DNA of 62,899 nt, the filler included, from Chiloscyllium plagiosum (Eukaryota), in NCBI RefSeq assembly GCF_004010195.1. It is 4 parts of one record of this genome, joined end to end, with 100 filler letters (N's around TTAATTAATTAA, not from the genome) between each part and the next. Parts side by side here need not be neighbours in the genome. Positions count along the whole stretch, not along the records: positions 1 to 22,961 come from NC_057716.1; positions 23,062 to 42,803 come from NC_057716.1; 2 more parts are not named here. The stretch is one strand, 5' to 3'. The notes under the pieces were generated by a model that saw only the letters and a program-made list of their open reading frames with translations, had not been told where the DNA came from and ran no database searches. Made by a program: the position numbers and the translations under genes. This document shows positions 12,896 to 25,519 of the stretch, in pieces (the stretch's first letter is position 1; every line of letters starts with the position of its first letter).

Positions 12896-14989
12896 TTCGT
12901 ATAGATCATGTCCACTGCTCTACCCTCATCAATCTCCTTGTTACTTCTTCAAAAAACTCAATCAAGTTTGTGAGACATGATTTCCCATGCACAAAGCCAT
13001 GCTGACTATCCCGAATCAGTCATTGCCTTTCTAAATACGTGTCAATCCTGTCCCTCAGGATTCCCTCCAACAACGTGCCCACCACCGACATCAGGCTCAG
13101 TGGTCTATAGTTCCCTGGCTCTTCCTTACCCACTTTGGCTATCATGGTGCCACTATTTACTAATGTCCAGTCTTACAGCACCTCCCCTATGACTATAGAT
13201 AATATAACTATCTCAGCAAGGGGCCCAACAGTTACTTCCCTAGCTTCCCAGGTCCTGGGGATCAGGTCCTGGGGATTTATATGCTTTTATGCGTTTCAAG
13301 ACATCCAGCACCACCACCTCTGTAATATGGACATCTTTAAGATGTCACCATCTATTTCCCTACATTCTATATCTTTCATGTACTTCTCCACAGTAAATAC
13401 TGATACAAAACACTCATTTAGTATCTCCCTCATCTCCTGTGGCTCCACAGCCTCTCTGATCTTTGAGGGGCCCTATTCTCTCCCTAGTTGCCCTTTTGTC
13501 CTTAATATATTTATAAAAACCCTTTGAATTCTCCTTAACTCTATTTGCCAAAGCTACTTCATGTCCCCTTTTTGCCCTTCTGATTTCCCTCTTAAGTATA
13601 CTCTTACTGCCTTTATACTCTAAGGATTCACTGGATCTCTCCTGTCTATATCTGGCATATGTTTCCTTTTTCTTTAAACCAAAATCTGGATTTCTCTTGT
13701 CCTCCAGCATTCCCTACACCTACCAGCCTTTCCTTTCATCCTAACAGGAGCATACTGTCTTTGGACTCTTGTTATCTCTTTTTTTGTTTGAAGGCTTCCC
13801 ATTTTCCAGTTGTCCCTTTACTTGCGAGCAGCTACCCCCAATCAGAGTTTGAAAGTTTTTGCCTGATACCATCAAAATTGGCCTTCCACAAGTTTTTAAC
13901 TTCAACTTTTAGATCCGGTCTATCGTTTCCATCACTATTTTAAAACTAATGGAATTATGGTCATTGGCCCCAAAGTGCTCCCCCACTGACACCTCAGTCA
14001 GAGCCCTGCCTTTTTTCCCCAAGAGTAGGTCAAGTTTTGCACCTTCTCAAGCAGGTACATCCACATACTGAATCAGAAAATTTTCTTGTACACACTTAAC
14101 AAATTCCTCTCCATCTAATGACTTAACACTATGGCAGTCCCAGTTTATGTTTGGAAAGTTAAAATCCCCTACCATAACCACCCTATTATCCTTACAGATA
14201 ACTGAGATATCCTTACAAATTTGTTTCTCAATTTCCGGCTGACTGTTCGGGGTCTGTATTACAATCCCAACAAGGTGGTCTGCTGCATAGAATTTGTGCT
14301 CCGCTTCGGTTGGTCCAGCCTACCAATGAAACATCCATTCTGTTTGAGGTTCTCCATTCATTGGCCCAAACCTATCTCATTTACCTTCGTGTGTTGGGCA
14401 ATTTTGTCTGGAGTTTACTCTGTTCGGGTCCACATCCTCTTTGGTTGACACTGATATTTGGTTCTATTCCAACTTCTACCATTCCTTTTGTCCTGGTTGT
14501 TCTAAAGCCTAATCTTGTAACTGACTACACATTTGAGAGTGGGTGCAGGGATCGTTATTGATATAGGTCTTCCAAAAAGTTTGGGTTGCCAATGAGATGG
14601 TCAGTGTGTTTTTGAGTGCATTTCACACAGGTGAGAAGAGTTAGCAAACCCCTTATTTCCATCTTTCTGGGGAAAGTGGCGAGGGTTGGTTGAGTGGTGC
14701 CCAGAGAGGTAAGGCACTTTAAGGCCCTATCTTTTGCTTGCCATAAGAGATCAGAACTGTTTCTTCTTTAATCTTGTCATGCTTCTTACAAGACATATGT
14801 ACATAGGCTGATTATCTTTTATATTCTTCATTAGGTCTTGGGTTTAGAATTCTGATGCCCCATTATAAATGTATAGATATCCTATCTTGTGTCAAGTTGA
14901 TAGCTTGTTACTGTGACTGTCATTACTGTAATGTCAATAATTTCATATTTTTGCTGATTTCATTAAGTAGGTAAATACTTGGAATCCTG

Positions 14990-16800
14990 AATCATAGCAT
15001 CATGCAGTACAAAAGTGACCCTTTGGCCTATCAAGTCAAGCATTGACAAAAAAACCCTCTTAATCTACACTAGTCCCACTTTCCAGCACTTGGCCCATTG
15101 CTTTGACTGTTATGATACTTCAAGTGCTCATCCAAGTAGTTGTGAGGTTTCCCGCCGCAACAACCTTCCAAAGCAGTGCATTTCATATTCCCTCCACCCT
15201 CCGGGTGAACAACATTTCTCCTCTAAATCTACTGCTTTTCACCTTTAAAATTATGCCTCCTTGTGTTGACCCTTCAATAAGGGGAGCAGCTACTTTCTAT
15301 CCACCCTATGCATGCCCCTTTATCTATTCTACCTTAATCAGGCCCCCTCTCAGTCTTCCCTGCTGTAAAAACAACCTGAGCTTATAATACTCTCTTCATA
15401 GCTACATTGCTCCACCCCAGGCAACATCCTGATGAATCTCCTCTGCACACCCTCCAGAGCAGTCCTATTGTTTGGTGACCAGAGCTATACACAGTTCTCC
15501 AGCTGTGACTTAACCAAAGTTTTGTACAGGCCTGATGTAACCTCCTTGCTCTTATAATCTATGCCATGACTTATAAAGGCAAGTATCTCGCATACCTTCT
15601 TAATTACCTTACTAACCATCTTGCAACCTATAGGATCTGTGGACACGCACCCCAAAATCCTTTTGTTCCTCTGAACTTTCTCGTGTTCTGCCACGAATTG
15701 ATTATTTCCTTGTCTTGTTTCAACTTCTGAAATGCAACAGCTGACATTTATTAGGGTTAAATTCCATCTGCCACTGATCTGCCCATGTGACCAATCCATT
15801 TATATCACCTTATAACGTGTCCCCTCCTCCTTCACAGTTAACTACCTGGCTAATCTTCATATCATTTGCAAACTTACTTATCATTCACTCTACATTTTCT
15901 TCTGTATTGTTTATTTATAAATTTCTCCTGAATGATATGGGGACCCAGTACTGATCTGTCTGGTATGCTACTGGACACCAGCCTTTAATCACACAAACAA
16001 ACTTCTACCACTATCCTTTGTCTCCTACTACTAAGCCAATTTTGGGTATTACTTGACAAATTACCCTGAATCCCATGCCTTTTGCATTCTCTATGAAACT
16101 CCCATGTGGGACCTTAGTCAGACCATTGAGTATAGGAGTTGGGAGGTCATGTTGTGGCTGTACAGGACAATGGTTAGGCCACTTTTGAAATATTGCATGC
16201 AGTTCTGGTCTCCTTCCTATCGGGATCTTGTGAAACTTGAAAGGGTTCAGAAAAAGTTTACAAGGATATTGCCAGGGTTGGAGGATTTGAGCTATAGGGA
16301 GAGGTTCAATAGACTGGGGCACATTTCCTGGAGCGTTGGAGGCTGAGGGGTGACTTATAGAGGTTTATAAAATTATGAGGGGCATGGATAGTAGAAATAG
16401 ACTAAAGTCTTTTCCCTGGGGTGGGGGAGTCCAGAACTAGAGGACATAGGTTTAGGGTGAGGGGGGAAAAACATAAAAAAACCTAAGGGGCAACTTTTTC
16501 TCACTGAGGGTGGTGCGAGTATGGAATGAGCTGCCAGAGGAAGTGGTGGAGGCTGGTACCATTACAGCATTTAAAATACATCTGGATGGATATATGAATA
16601 GGAAGGGTTTAGAGGAATATAGGCCAAGTGCTGGCAAATGGGACTAGATTAGGTTAAGATATCTGATTGCCATGGGCGAATTGGACCGAAGGGTCTGTTT
16701 CCGCGCTGTACATCTCTGTGACTTTGGTGAAATCCATATAACCTGCATCAACTGCACTACCCTTGTCTTTACACCTGGTCACCACCTCAAAACTCAATCA
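14990..16800 (-). mobile_element. Older CR1 LINE interrupted by a younger + strand CR1
   Basis: ORF 15485-15799 (AFISHGIDYKSKEV..LYKTLV..QLE.C); the element resumes after 16725. Confidence 0.75.
16113..16722 (+). mobile_element. CR1 LINE 3' end nested in the older CR1
   Basis: IEYRSWEVMLWLYRTMVRPLLKYCMQFWSP...; near reverse complement of 11440-12070. Confidence 0.9.
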
Positions 16801-17454
16801 AATTATTTCCACAGATTTTAGTTTGAGTTGCCAAACATACTTATCATTAAATTTCTGTTTGATACAAAAAAAGTAATCTATAAAAGGTTAAAGGTGAAAT
16901 CTTCTTATTCAGAAATATGTGTGTTACGTGTACATGAGTGACAACAATATTTTATCGGTTTTTGGTGATTGCGTATATGTTTAGTTAGTCCAAAGTCATT
17001 ATTGAAAATATTTAGTACAGGTTCAACATGTAGTAGAATAGTTTTTTTTCCAAGGTTTCTATATTTGTTTCCTTCTTCTTTCCCCCCAAAGCTCTGTATG
17101 AGGCAAATTATATGAGTTGCTATTAGTGAGGAGTAGCATACGTTATTCTCCACGTCATTTGGTAATAAAACCAGAAATAATGTTGGTGTCTCAATAGATT
17201 GTTCAATCTTTATTTCTGGGACTACATTTGAAAGTATGAGAGCCAAGAATAAATTATTGAATAAAATGGCATGGATAATACAGAAGATGGGAATTAAAGT
17301 AAACAGCCTGATGGTGTAGAGATGAAGAGTTAGCAATGTTTATCATCAGATTTTTTTTTGTACAAAAGTGTTTATTGATTAGAAAATCTAAATTGTTACT
17401 TTGCATGTTTTTGAAAATCCTGTTATCTTGTACCCTTCCTTACCCCAACATTAG

Positions 17455-17649
17455 ATGATGGAAGACCAAACTCTTCATATCGAACAGACCTGACTCAAAG
17501 TGAACCACAGGTTAGAGAAGAAAATTGGTCCAGCCACCAAAGTGATGACCAAGCATATTTAAGATCATCATCACCTTACAAAAAACAACATGCAAGGGAA
17601 AACCCACGAAGAGCATCTAGTGCATCAATGGTCAAATCTCAAGGTGCAG
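17455..17649 (+). CDS. PIKFYVE: PIKfyve second coding exon (195 nt, phase 1-1)
   Basis: Pyrimidine tract + TTAG acceptor ends at 17454. In frame with the previous exon it reads DDGRPNSSYRTDLTQSEPQVREENWSSHQSDDQAYLRSSSPYKKQHARENPRRASSASMVKSQGA, matching the conserved RSxxPYKKQ...RRxS motif of PIKfyve. CAG|GTGAGG donor at 17650; a same-phase alternative donor lies at 17644. Confidence 0.88.
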
Positions 17650-19711
17650 GTGAGGAAAAGCTGATGAATGATTTTGTTATTTTAACAAGTGTTGTGAATT
17701 ACATTCAATCGAATAGTGTGCAATTTATTCATTGCTGCCCCACAATTTATTCACAACTGAAAGGTGGCTTTCACAAGAATGGAGTTTCATTCTTTCAATG
17801 ATCAATAATAGATGATTTTTAAACATCAAAAATGGTGTTTTTTTTTCATTCTGTCTTGGTTACCTTTCCCAATCCTGTATTTCGTGTGTTCTCTCTCTCT
17901 TTTGAACCTGAACATAATTTATGTTGAATTAAGTATTCTAATTCACAATTCCTTTTAGATTTGCTTCAGTTTGGTGGAGTAAGAAAATGTGCCATTGCGT
18001 GCCCTTTCACATGGGTCCTAGATTTCCTTTAACAACATTGCCTGTTCTTGTTTTCTAATAACTGGACCTTCAGTTCATACTTTGTGAGTAACTGCAAGTG
18101 TAGTAAACAGCATGTGATGTTTGTTGATGGATCACTGCAATATCAAGATGATTGTCTTGAAATATGCATCTTTCATTAGTGGATAAATATATAACCAATG
18201 TATCTTTCAGGTTTAGATCCAGAAAACACATTTTATCATATTTCTAATGGCAATATGAAAAATTACATGATTAACATAGCTTTATGTGATGTATCACTCT
18301 ATTCTGCATGTTACTGAAGTGTATGTGCTCTAAATTGCAACAGTGTTTCAAAATTCAATGTTCTTTTCTTTACTATGCAAGTGGGAATGGTTAGAACCAC
18401 TGCTGAGTTCAGCAGCCTGAGTAGAATAATAAAATGTTTCGTACTGTGTGGCTTTTAAATTGTCTTGTTTGCATTTTTTTGCAATAAAACAAGTTACTTA
18501 AAATGCTGTTAGCTAAGTAATGCCATGATATTTTTATTAAGCAATTCATATAAATTAAACAAAATAATGTACTGTACAGAAATTTCTGAGTTACAATTCC
18601 TGAAGGGGATTTGGATATAAATTCTGGATTTAGGCAAGTTCAATAAGTGTGTAGAGAGAAATTCTTTCCCCATTTCTGGAGCATTTCAACAACTCCTTTC
18701 ACCGCCACCCACTCTGGCCATTCCGCTTCCCATTTCCTCCCATTCCAGGTAATCCACCCTGTTTTCTAGACTGTATTCACCCCTTCCTGCAGGGCAGGTA
18801 CCCTTTCCCTTGAATCAGCCCCTCATTCACCCAAATGCTAAATTCAGCCCTGCCATTGCACCCCACCTCTATTGCTGGCATGCCTCCTCCCCAGCTGAAC
18901 ATGTAGAGATTCTCCCATATCTTGAGGGTTAGTTCAATCACAGTTGAGTTCTCTGAAGCCTTTTTTATAAACAAATTAACATTTCACTTTAACCCACTTT
19001 CAAAAGAAAAATCATTCTGGCTGCCTACTTCCGAAGTTGAACTTGTGGCAATATTGAATCCAGGCACTTGAATTCAAGTGGGGTAGCATTGCAATCAACA
19101 TATTGAACTGACCAATTAAAACAGTATGGACTGACTAAAAGTGTATTCAGTTAGCTAATTAATTTTCCGTGAACTAATACAATGCTGATAGAGTCAGTTG
19201 CTTCTATAACAGTCATTATGATTTTAATGGTATTGAATCATAAAAGCTAGTGTAGTTGAGTCTTGCTTTGTCAATTGATATAAAATATTGTAGCTGGATC
19301 ACTTTTGTAGTTATTAATTTGTGACATTAACTGCGGTATAATTAATAGCTATTCCTGTAGTTTTCAGACAAATGATATCTACACTGTTTCTCTTCAATCA
19401 AATGTGCTATAAAGAAAGTGTTTGAGTTGGGGTGTGGGAGAATAAATAGAAAGGATTTGAAATTTTGTGGAAAAAAAAAGATGTTTAGTGGTTAATCCTC
19501 CAAATCATCCAGTTGATAATTGTGCCAGGCTTTAAACGAGCTCCTGTTTTCAAAAAAAAGGTCCATCTCGTGCATTACAATTTTAAAGAAAATCGCAGTC
19601 ATGTACCTTAGTGAATGCTGTCAAACCCAATGGGTCTGTTCCAATATTATCCATAAGGCATCCCAGAAATGTCTTCTCAACCGTCCACTTTGGCTTTTGC
19701 TAGTTGTGTGT

Positions 19712-19802
19712 TGAGAGTGGGGCGCTGGAAAAGTGCAGCAGGTCGGGCAGCATCCGAGGAGCAAGAGAATTGACATTTCCGGCATAGTCCTTCATCAGGA
19801 AT
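19712..19802 (-). mobile_element. Penelope-like terminal-repeat fragment with a mutated hammerhead core
   Basis: Minus strand CTGATGA-AGGACTATGCCG-GAAA-TGTC followed by the ctcctcggatgctgcc..acctgctg family sequence. Confidence 0.65.
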
Positions 19803-20804
19803 GATGGTTTGCTAGTTGTGGGCTGAAATTGCTACTTCAAACCTATGTCTCATTATACCATACTGCAGATGTTTACAGCATGCTTGATGATTGCTTGTCC
19901 TCATGGAAGATAAAGCAATACACATGAGGGAAGAGTCAAAAAGGAAGGCAGAATAAACCTGTTATCTAGGAAAGTATGCATACTTGACAATAGCATGTCA
20001 CTATGACTGTTGTGAAAAAAATACACAACCATACAGTAGGAGAAAACACGCCCATTTCTAATCCAACTATAACTTTCATTTGTGTAGAATCTTGTGAAGT
20101 AGGTGCTTCACAGTAGCATTAGTAGACAAAGTTTAACACTGAGAAAACAAATCAGGTTACAAAAGCTTGGTTAAAATACTTGGTTGTATAAATGTCTTAA
20201 AGCAAGAGGGAGGTACTTTAGTGGAGAGATCTTTGGAAGGAATTTCTGGACTTTAAATTGTGGCAGCTGAAATACCAATAGGAAAAGAAGTTTAAAATAC
20301 AGCTAACTTCAATTTAAAAATTACAGGTGATTAGATGGCTTTACAGCTCTATTGAACTTGCATACATTGGTACACTTCCATATATTAGGGCACATTTTCA
20401 CACAGGGAGGCTCAGGGTATATTAAAGAATTCCATTTCAATGTCTCCTGCATCCTTTCTTACCTAGTACAATGGATCCCATTGCCATTTGGGATATTCAG
20501 TCTATTTCACGAGGTCCAGCTCAGGACCTTTGTACTGTTGCTCCCTGTCTCATACTGGCTAACCGCTTCAACTACCTCTCTGGAGTTTGACTCTTTGCAT
20601 GAAGAATTTCTGCCCTCACTAACTTGTGATGCTCAACATGCCTTTCTTTTGCTATAAACTTTCCTCTAGCTCTTGGAAGGTTTCCTTTTTTTTTTGCACT
20701 CCCTTGCCCTATTTTATAGTGCTTCCAATTCCCACATAACACACAACTTAATTCTGCCTCTAATTGTTCCGGCAGCCCTTTTAAATCATGCTTTTTTCTA
20801 ACTA

Positions 20805-21480
20805 TTTGTTCACAGGATGTGGGCATCCCTGGCTGAGCAGCATTTATTGCCCATCCTTAATTGCCAGAGGGCAGTTCAGACTCAATCACATTGCTGTGGT
20901 TCTGGAGTCAAATGTAGACCAGACTCAATAACAATGCAGTTTCCTTCCCTAAAGGGCATTAGTGGACCAGATAGATTTTTCTTACGTTCGGCAATGGATA
21001 CATGGTCATCATTAGACTCTTAATTCAAGCTTTTTAAAAAAAAATTGAATTCAAATTCCCCTGTCTGCCATGGCAGGATTCAAATCCAGAACATTATGAG
21101 GCGGCACGGTGGCTCAGTGGTTAGCACTGCTGCCTCACAGCACCAGGGACCTGGGTTCAATTCCCGCCTGTCTGTGTGGAGTTTGCACCTTCTTCCTGTG
21201 TCTGCATGGGTTTCCTCCGGATGCTCCGGTTTCCTCCCACAATCCAAAGATGTGCAGGTCAGATGAATTGGCCATGCTAAATTGCCCACCATGTTAGGTG
21301 AGTTAGTCAGGAGTAAATATAGGGTAGGGTAGGGGAATGGGTTTGGGTGGGTTACTCTTAGGAGGGGCAATGTGGACATGTTGGGCCGAAGGGCCTGGTT
21401 CCACACTGTAGCTAATTAATCATTACCTTGGTCTCTGGATTAACAGTCCAGCAATAATACCACTAGGCCATTGTCTCCCC
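20805..21480 (-). mobile_element. tRNA-derived SINE with LINE-like tail, split by an HE1 insertion
   Basis: Minus-strand head ggggagacaatggcctagtgg (A box) at 21480 and gatttgaatcc (B box) at about 21085; tail shares the catttattgcccatcc motif. Confidence 0.7.
21097..21420 (+). mobile_element. HE1-type V-SINE
   Basis: A box TGGCTCAGTGG, B box GGTTCAATTCC, V-domain ctgtgtggagtttgcac..., CR1-like tail; CATTA TSD at 21092-21096 and 21421-21425. Confidence 0.9.
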
Positions 21481-22553
21481 ATTTGACTTTTTGTTTGATT
21501 TTGATACTTCAGCAGCTGTTTGGATTCCTGTGTACCTTGCCTATAAAGTAACTGACAGGGTGAACTGAAAATTGTGGTACTTTTGCTCTTGTTAACTCTG
21601 AGCATCTTCAGTTTTTTGATGCAATTGTTCTTAGGTATTTTTGATCTAATGGGTTTCAAGACTTGGGCTGTGATTTCTGTCCTTGTTTTGTCGTTTGTTT
21701 TTCTTGCCAGCACATAATTGCCAATTTCCAGTTTTCCTTTGATAAATGATGCTCTTTGGTTTGTGTTTTAAGTACCTTTCTGGTTGCTCAAAAGGACGAA
21801 AGGCCTCTTTTTATACAAAACGGCATAAGTTGAAGGTTATTTAATGGAAGATTGCTGTTGGGAAGAACGAGTCAAATATTTGTTATCTTTATGTAATACA
21901 TATCTTGGAATTGAATAAATTTCCAAAATTTTCATCTGAAGATGTCAATTATAAAATAAAGTTTAAAACAAAAGCTGCAAGCATCATTTTCAGACAGTAA
22001 AATACATATATGTAATTTCTGGTAGTTATTACCTTAGTTGTGGAAGTCTTTCTTAACTTGATTAACATTCCAACAAAATCTGAACACATATATATAATCT
22101 GTGGTTTCAGTTCGAAGTTAATTTAGGCCTGCTTATTTGGCTGAAGATAGAAAATAAAAAGCCCAAAAGGATAGTGAACACTACTGTCTTACACAGGAGA
22201 GGCATCTTTCCTGAAAATTCCTTGATCTGGTTGGGCATTTTCAATATGGTACATCTCTATGTTGGATAATAATCTACTTCTAAATAATTCTTAAATACTG
22301 ATTTGATGGGACGTACTTACAACAAGCTTCCACTGTGTTGCTAGCCATGCAGACGTGATCCTGGATCCTTCTCTGTTTCAAAAAACAAGCATTATTGTCA
22401 ACAATGCTGTAAAAATGGCAAAGCATATTTATATGAGGAAACCTGGATAATTGTCTACTTCAACTCCATTTGATTTTTATCTCCAAATTAGCTTAATGCA
22501 CTCTTGCTAATTTTTACAACAGGCTCCATTTTGCATGTCTATTTTCAATTGTA

Positions 22554-22961
22554 CTGAAAAATGTGTTGCTGGAAAAGCGCAGCAGGTCAGGCAGCATCCA
22601 AGGAGCAGGAGTATCGACGTTTTGGGCATAAACCCTTCTGAGTGAAAATGTCATTTCCTGAAGAAGGGCTTATGCCCGAAACGTCGATTCTGCTGCTCCT
22701 TGGATGCTGCCTGACCTGCTGCGTTTTTCCAGCAACACATTTTCAGCTCTGATTTCCAGCATCTGAGGTCCTCACTTTCTCTTAGAAGATTTTAACCTAC
22801 TGCGAATCTTCTTGCAAGGATGCCTTCCTTGAAGAAGCTCTCTTCCTCCCTCTACAAGGATTTCAGTGAGTCCCTCTCTCACTGCACACCCCAGGTCATT
22901 TCCTCTGCCCAGAAGCTCTTCAGCCACGTTCTCAAACAAACCCGCTACCACAGCCACATCT
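22554..22961 (+). mobile_element. 5' end of a Penelope-like element: fold-back pseudo-LTR plus start of ORF (22820), truncated by the gap
   Basis: About 85-bp inverted arms (22554-22639 and ~22662-22746), a hammerhead core, then MPSLKKLSSSLYKDFSESLSHCTPQVISSAQKLFSHVLKQTRYHSHI open to the gap. Confidence 0.7.
22658..22685 (+). ncRNA. Minimal type-I hammerhead ribozyme core
   Basis: CUGAAGA-A-GGGC-UUAU-GCCC-GAAA-CG-UC: both conserved boxes, 4-bp helix II, palindromic ACGU in place of helix III, GUC cleavage triplet. Confidence 0.72.
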
Positions 22962-23061
22962 NNNNNNNNNNNNNNNNNNNNNNNNNNNNNNNNNNNNNNN
23001 NNNNNTTAATTAATTAANNNNNNNNNNNNNNNNNNNNNNNNNNNNNNNNNNNNNNNNNNNN
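22962..23061. other. Artificial assembly join (44N-TTAATTAATTAA-44N)
   Basis: Exactly 100 bp; the linker has stops in all six frames. Confidence 0.97.
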
Positions 23062-23468
23062 TGTAGGGCTTTTGCCCGAAACGTCGATTTTGCCTGTCCT
23101 CGGATGCTGCCTGAATTGCTGTGCTCTTCCAGCACCACTGATCCAGAATCTGGTTTCCAGCATCTGCAGTCATTGTTTTTACCAATTGTTAAAGTTCACT
23201 TGAAAATATAACTTTTAAAAATCATTCTGCGATTTGCATATGAAAGAAGTGAAACTAACATGGTCATTCTAACAGATGAGGGATTTACCAAACAATCAAG
23301 GCATTTTTCAATGTATAATTTCAGTTACATTACATTGTAAACGTTTGCTATAAATTCTGTGTTTTACAATTGTGATTCCACAACTACTTGATGAAGGAGC
23401 AGTGCTCCAAAAGCTGGTGGTTCCAATTAAACCTGTTGGACTATAACCTGGTGTTGTGTGATTTTTTT
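23062..23468 (+). mobile_element. Two adjacent Penelope-like terminal-repeat fragments
   Basis: 23062-23183 carries GGGC-TTTT-GCCC-GAAA-CGTC; 23185-23468 is the reverse complement of 34960-35240 and carries a decayed core at 23388-23415. Confidence 0.65.
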
Positions 23469-25519
23469 GCTCTTCTTCATAACTCTCCCTCTCCAGATGC
23501 TGCCAGAGTTTCTCCAGCATTCCCTATGTTTGTTACTGACCACTACCTGGTTTGGAAGCTCCCTGTTTGAAATCTAACAATATTTCACACTTTTCTTTTG
23601 ACCATCATAGTAAGTGACAAATGGGAAAGATGAAAGAATGAGAAGGTTTAGAATTTAAAATAACCAAAACTATTCTTCCCATAGAATTGATTTTACATAT
23701 ATTATTAAAGGCTCTACTGAAATGATTTAATCCCCAAGGAAAGTGTAAACATTTTCTTCCTTAATGCTCATCTCATTCTTAAAATAGCAACTTTAGATCC
23801 TACCTTTCCCAAATCAACTACTTGACTTGGCATGACAGTTCTGTGGTGCTATCTGCTCAGTAACTGTTAAGTTGCATATAGAACTCAACAGTCCCATTTT
23901 CAAAGACTTCAACACTCTCATTAATGTAATATGCATTTTATTTTCTCATTTTTCAAAGCATTTGTTTCGAGCTTCATAAAATGTTTTGTTTTGGAACCTG
24001 ATGAATTATTTTGTAAACCATTGGACACAAATGTGTCCACATCTGTCCAGCGACAAAGATCAATGGACGAAGGAACATAATGGGGAGTTGACCACACCTT
24101 TGACTTTGTGTTTACGCTGTCAAAATATGGAGCAGTGAGTTCAGGCAGTTAAGAAATGAAAATCATAATTACCTTACAATTCACTACTATATCATGGGTG
24201 CCTGTTTCAAAATTTACAGCTGAAGGGAGAAGTGGAGATATTTAAACAACATTAATGTGCATTTATGTCGTACAGTTCATGAAGTAAGACATCCAAAGGT
24301 TGCTGAATAAAATTAGGCATTGTACAGTAAAATAAGGTTATTAGCTCAGTTTTTGTATGTATTACTGGCAAGTCTAATGATAAAGCTGTTTTGATTTATT
24401 TTATGTGATATATTTTGTTGTAGGATTTTGATCAACGTTTGTAGTAGAAGGATAGAAAGGAAGGGAATTATAGAGCAATAGTATTGTCGGAATGTTATTA
24501 AGGAAACCCAGAGTCTAGACAGCAGTCAAAGGTCCAAGAAATCTTTTCCTTTTCCTGATTTGACCGCTGAGGTATCTATGGCAATGGTAGCGTTCTCAGG
24601 AGAATATGTTTGTGGAATGATGTATTAGTTAATGGTTCAAAGGGGTTAATATTCATGTTACATTGTTCCACCCATTCCACTGATGTCACACACAATCAGT
24701 CAAGGCATTCTAATCCAGATTTCCAAGGGATCAGATGTATCAGGACCAACTCCCTAAGTTCTTAGTAATTATGTCTGGCCAAATGTAGTTGTACTTACTG
24801 TTATCGAGAAACTGCCCCCTCTGTGAATATTCTGTGATGTTGAATCCTCTACTATTAATTGCTAGATAGATCCAAGACAAAACAAAGAAAAAGGGGGAAT
24901 GGTGATAACAAACTCCCTCAAACAACCCCTACCCAGCACCAGGAGTGATCATCTGCAAACGTACCACATGGACAAACATCCCTGAATTGAGACAGGCCAC
25001 AGTCAGCACTGGAGGCCTATCCCTCTTTGTGATCCTGGCAGCAGCACCATTGCTTCAAGAAGGTGATTATGTGTTTCCCAATGCCCTATTGTAAACAGTG
25101 TTCTATATAGGGGGCGCTGTCTACACATGATCAGGCTGTAGAGAGGAAATATGGACCTGATTTAGGGGGGGTATTTCGTATTATCCAAGTAACCTGAAAA
25201 AAAAAGCGACTACCACAGGAAATTGTGGAAGAGAAATGGAGATTGACAAAGTCATTAGGGTGACACAAAAATGAAAAGTCCATGATGCTGCAGTAATATA
25301 TTGCCATGGACAGAGGATTGGCTAACTAACAGGAAATGGAGAATTGGGATAAATGTGTCATTTGTGGTCATCGAAACATAGAAAATAGGAGTAGGTATAA
25401 GACAGTCTACTCTTTGTGCCTGTTCCACTGTTCATTGTGATCATGTCTGATCATCCAACTCAATAACCTATTTCTGCTTATTCCCATATCCTTGGATCCC
25501 TTTAGCTCAAGTGCTGTCA

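Larger units (their letters stand above)
11440..14278 (-). mobile_element. CR1 LINE ORF2 (endonuclease through RT to 3' tail), frameshifted
   Basis: Minus-strand motifs [58 protein letters not shown]. Confidence 0.93.

Noticed and set aside
23800..23925. Minus-strand NESVEVFENGTVEFYMQL..SCQVK, faintly Ig-V/CD28-like
   Set aside because: Two in-frame stops, no upstream Cys/Trp strand; likely chance.
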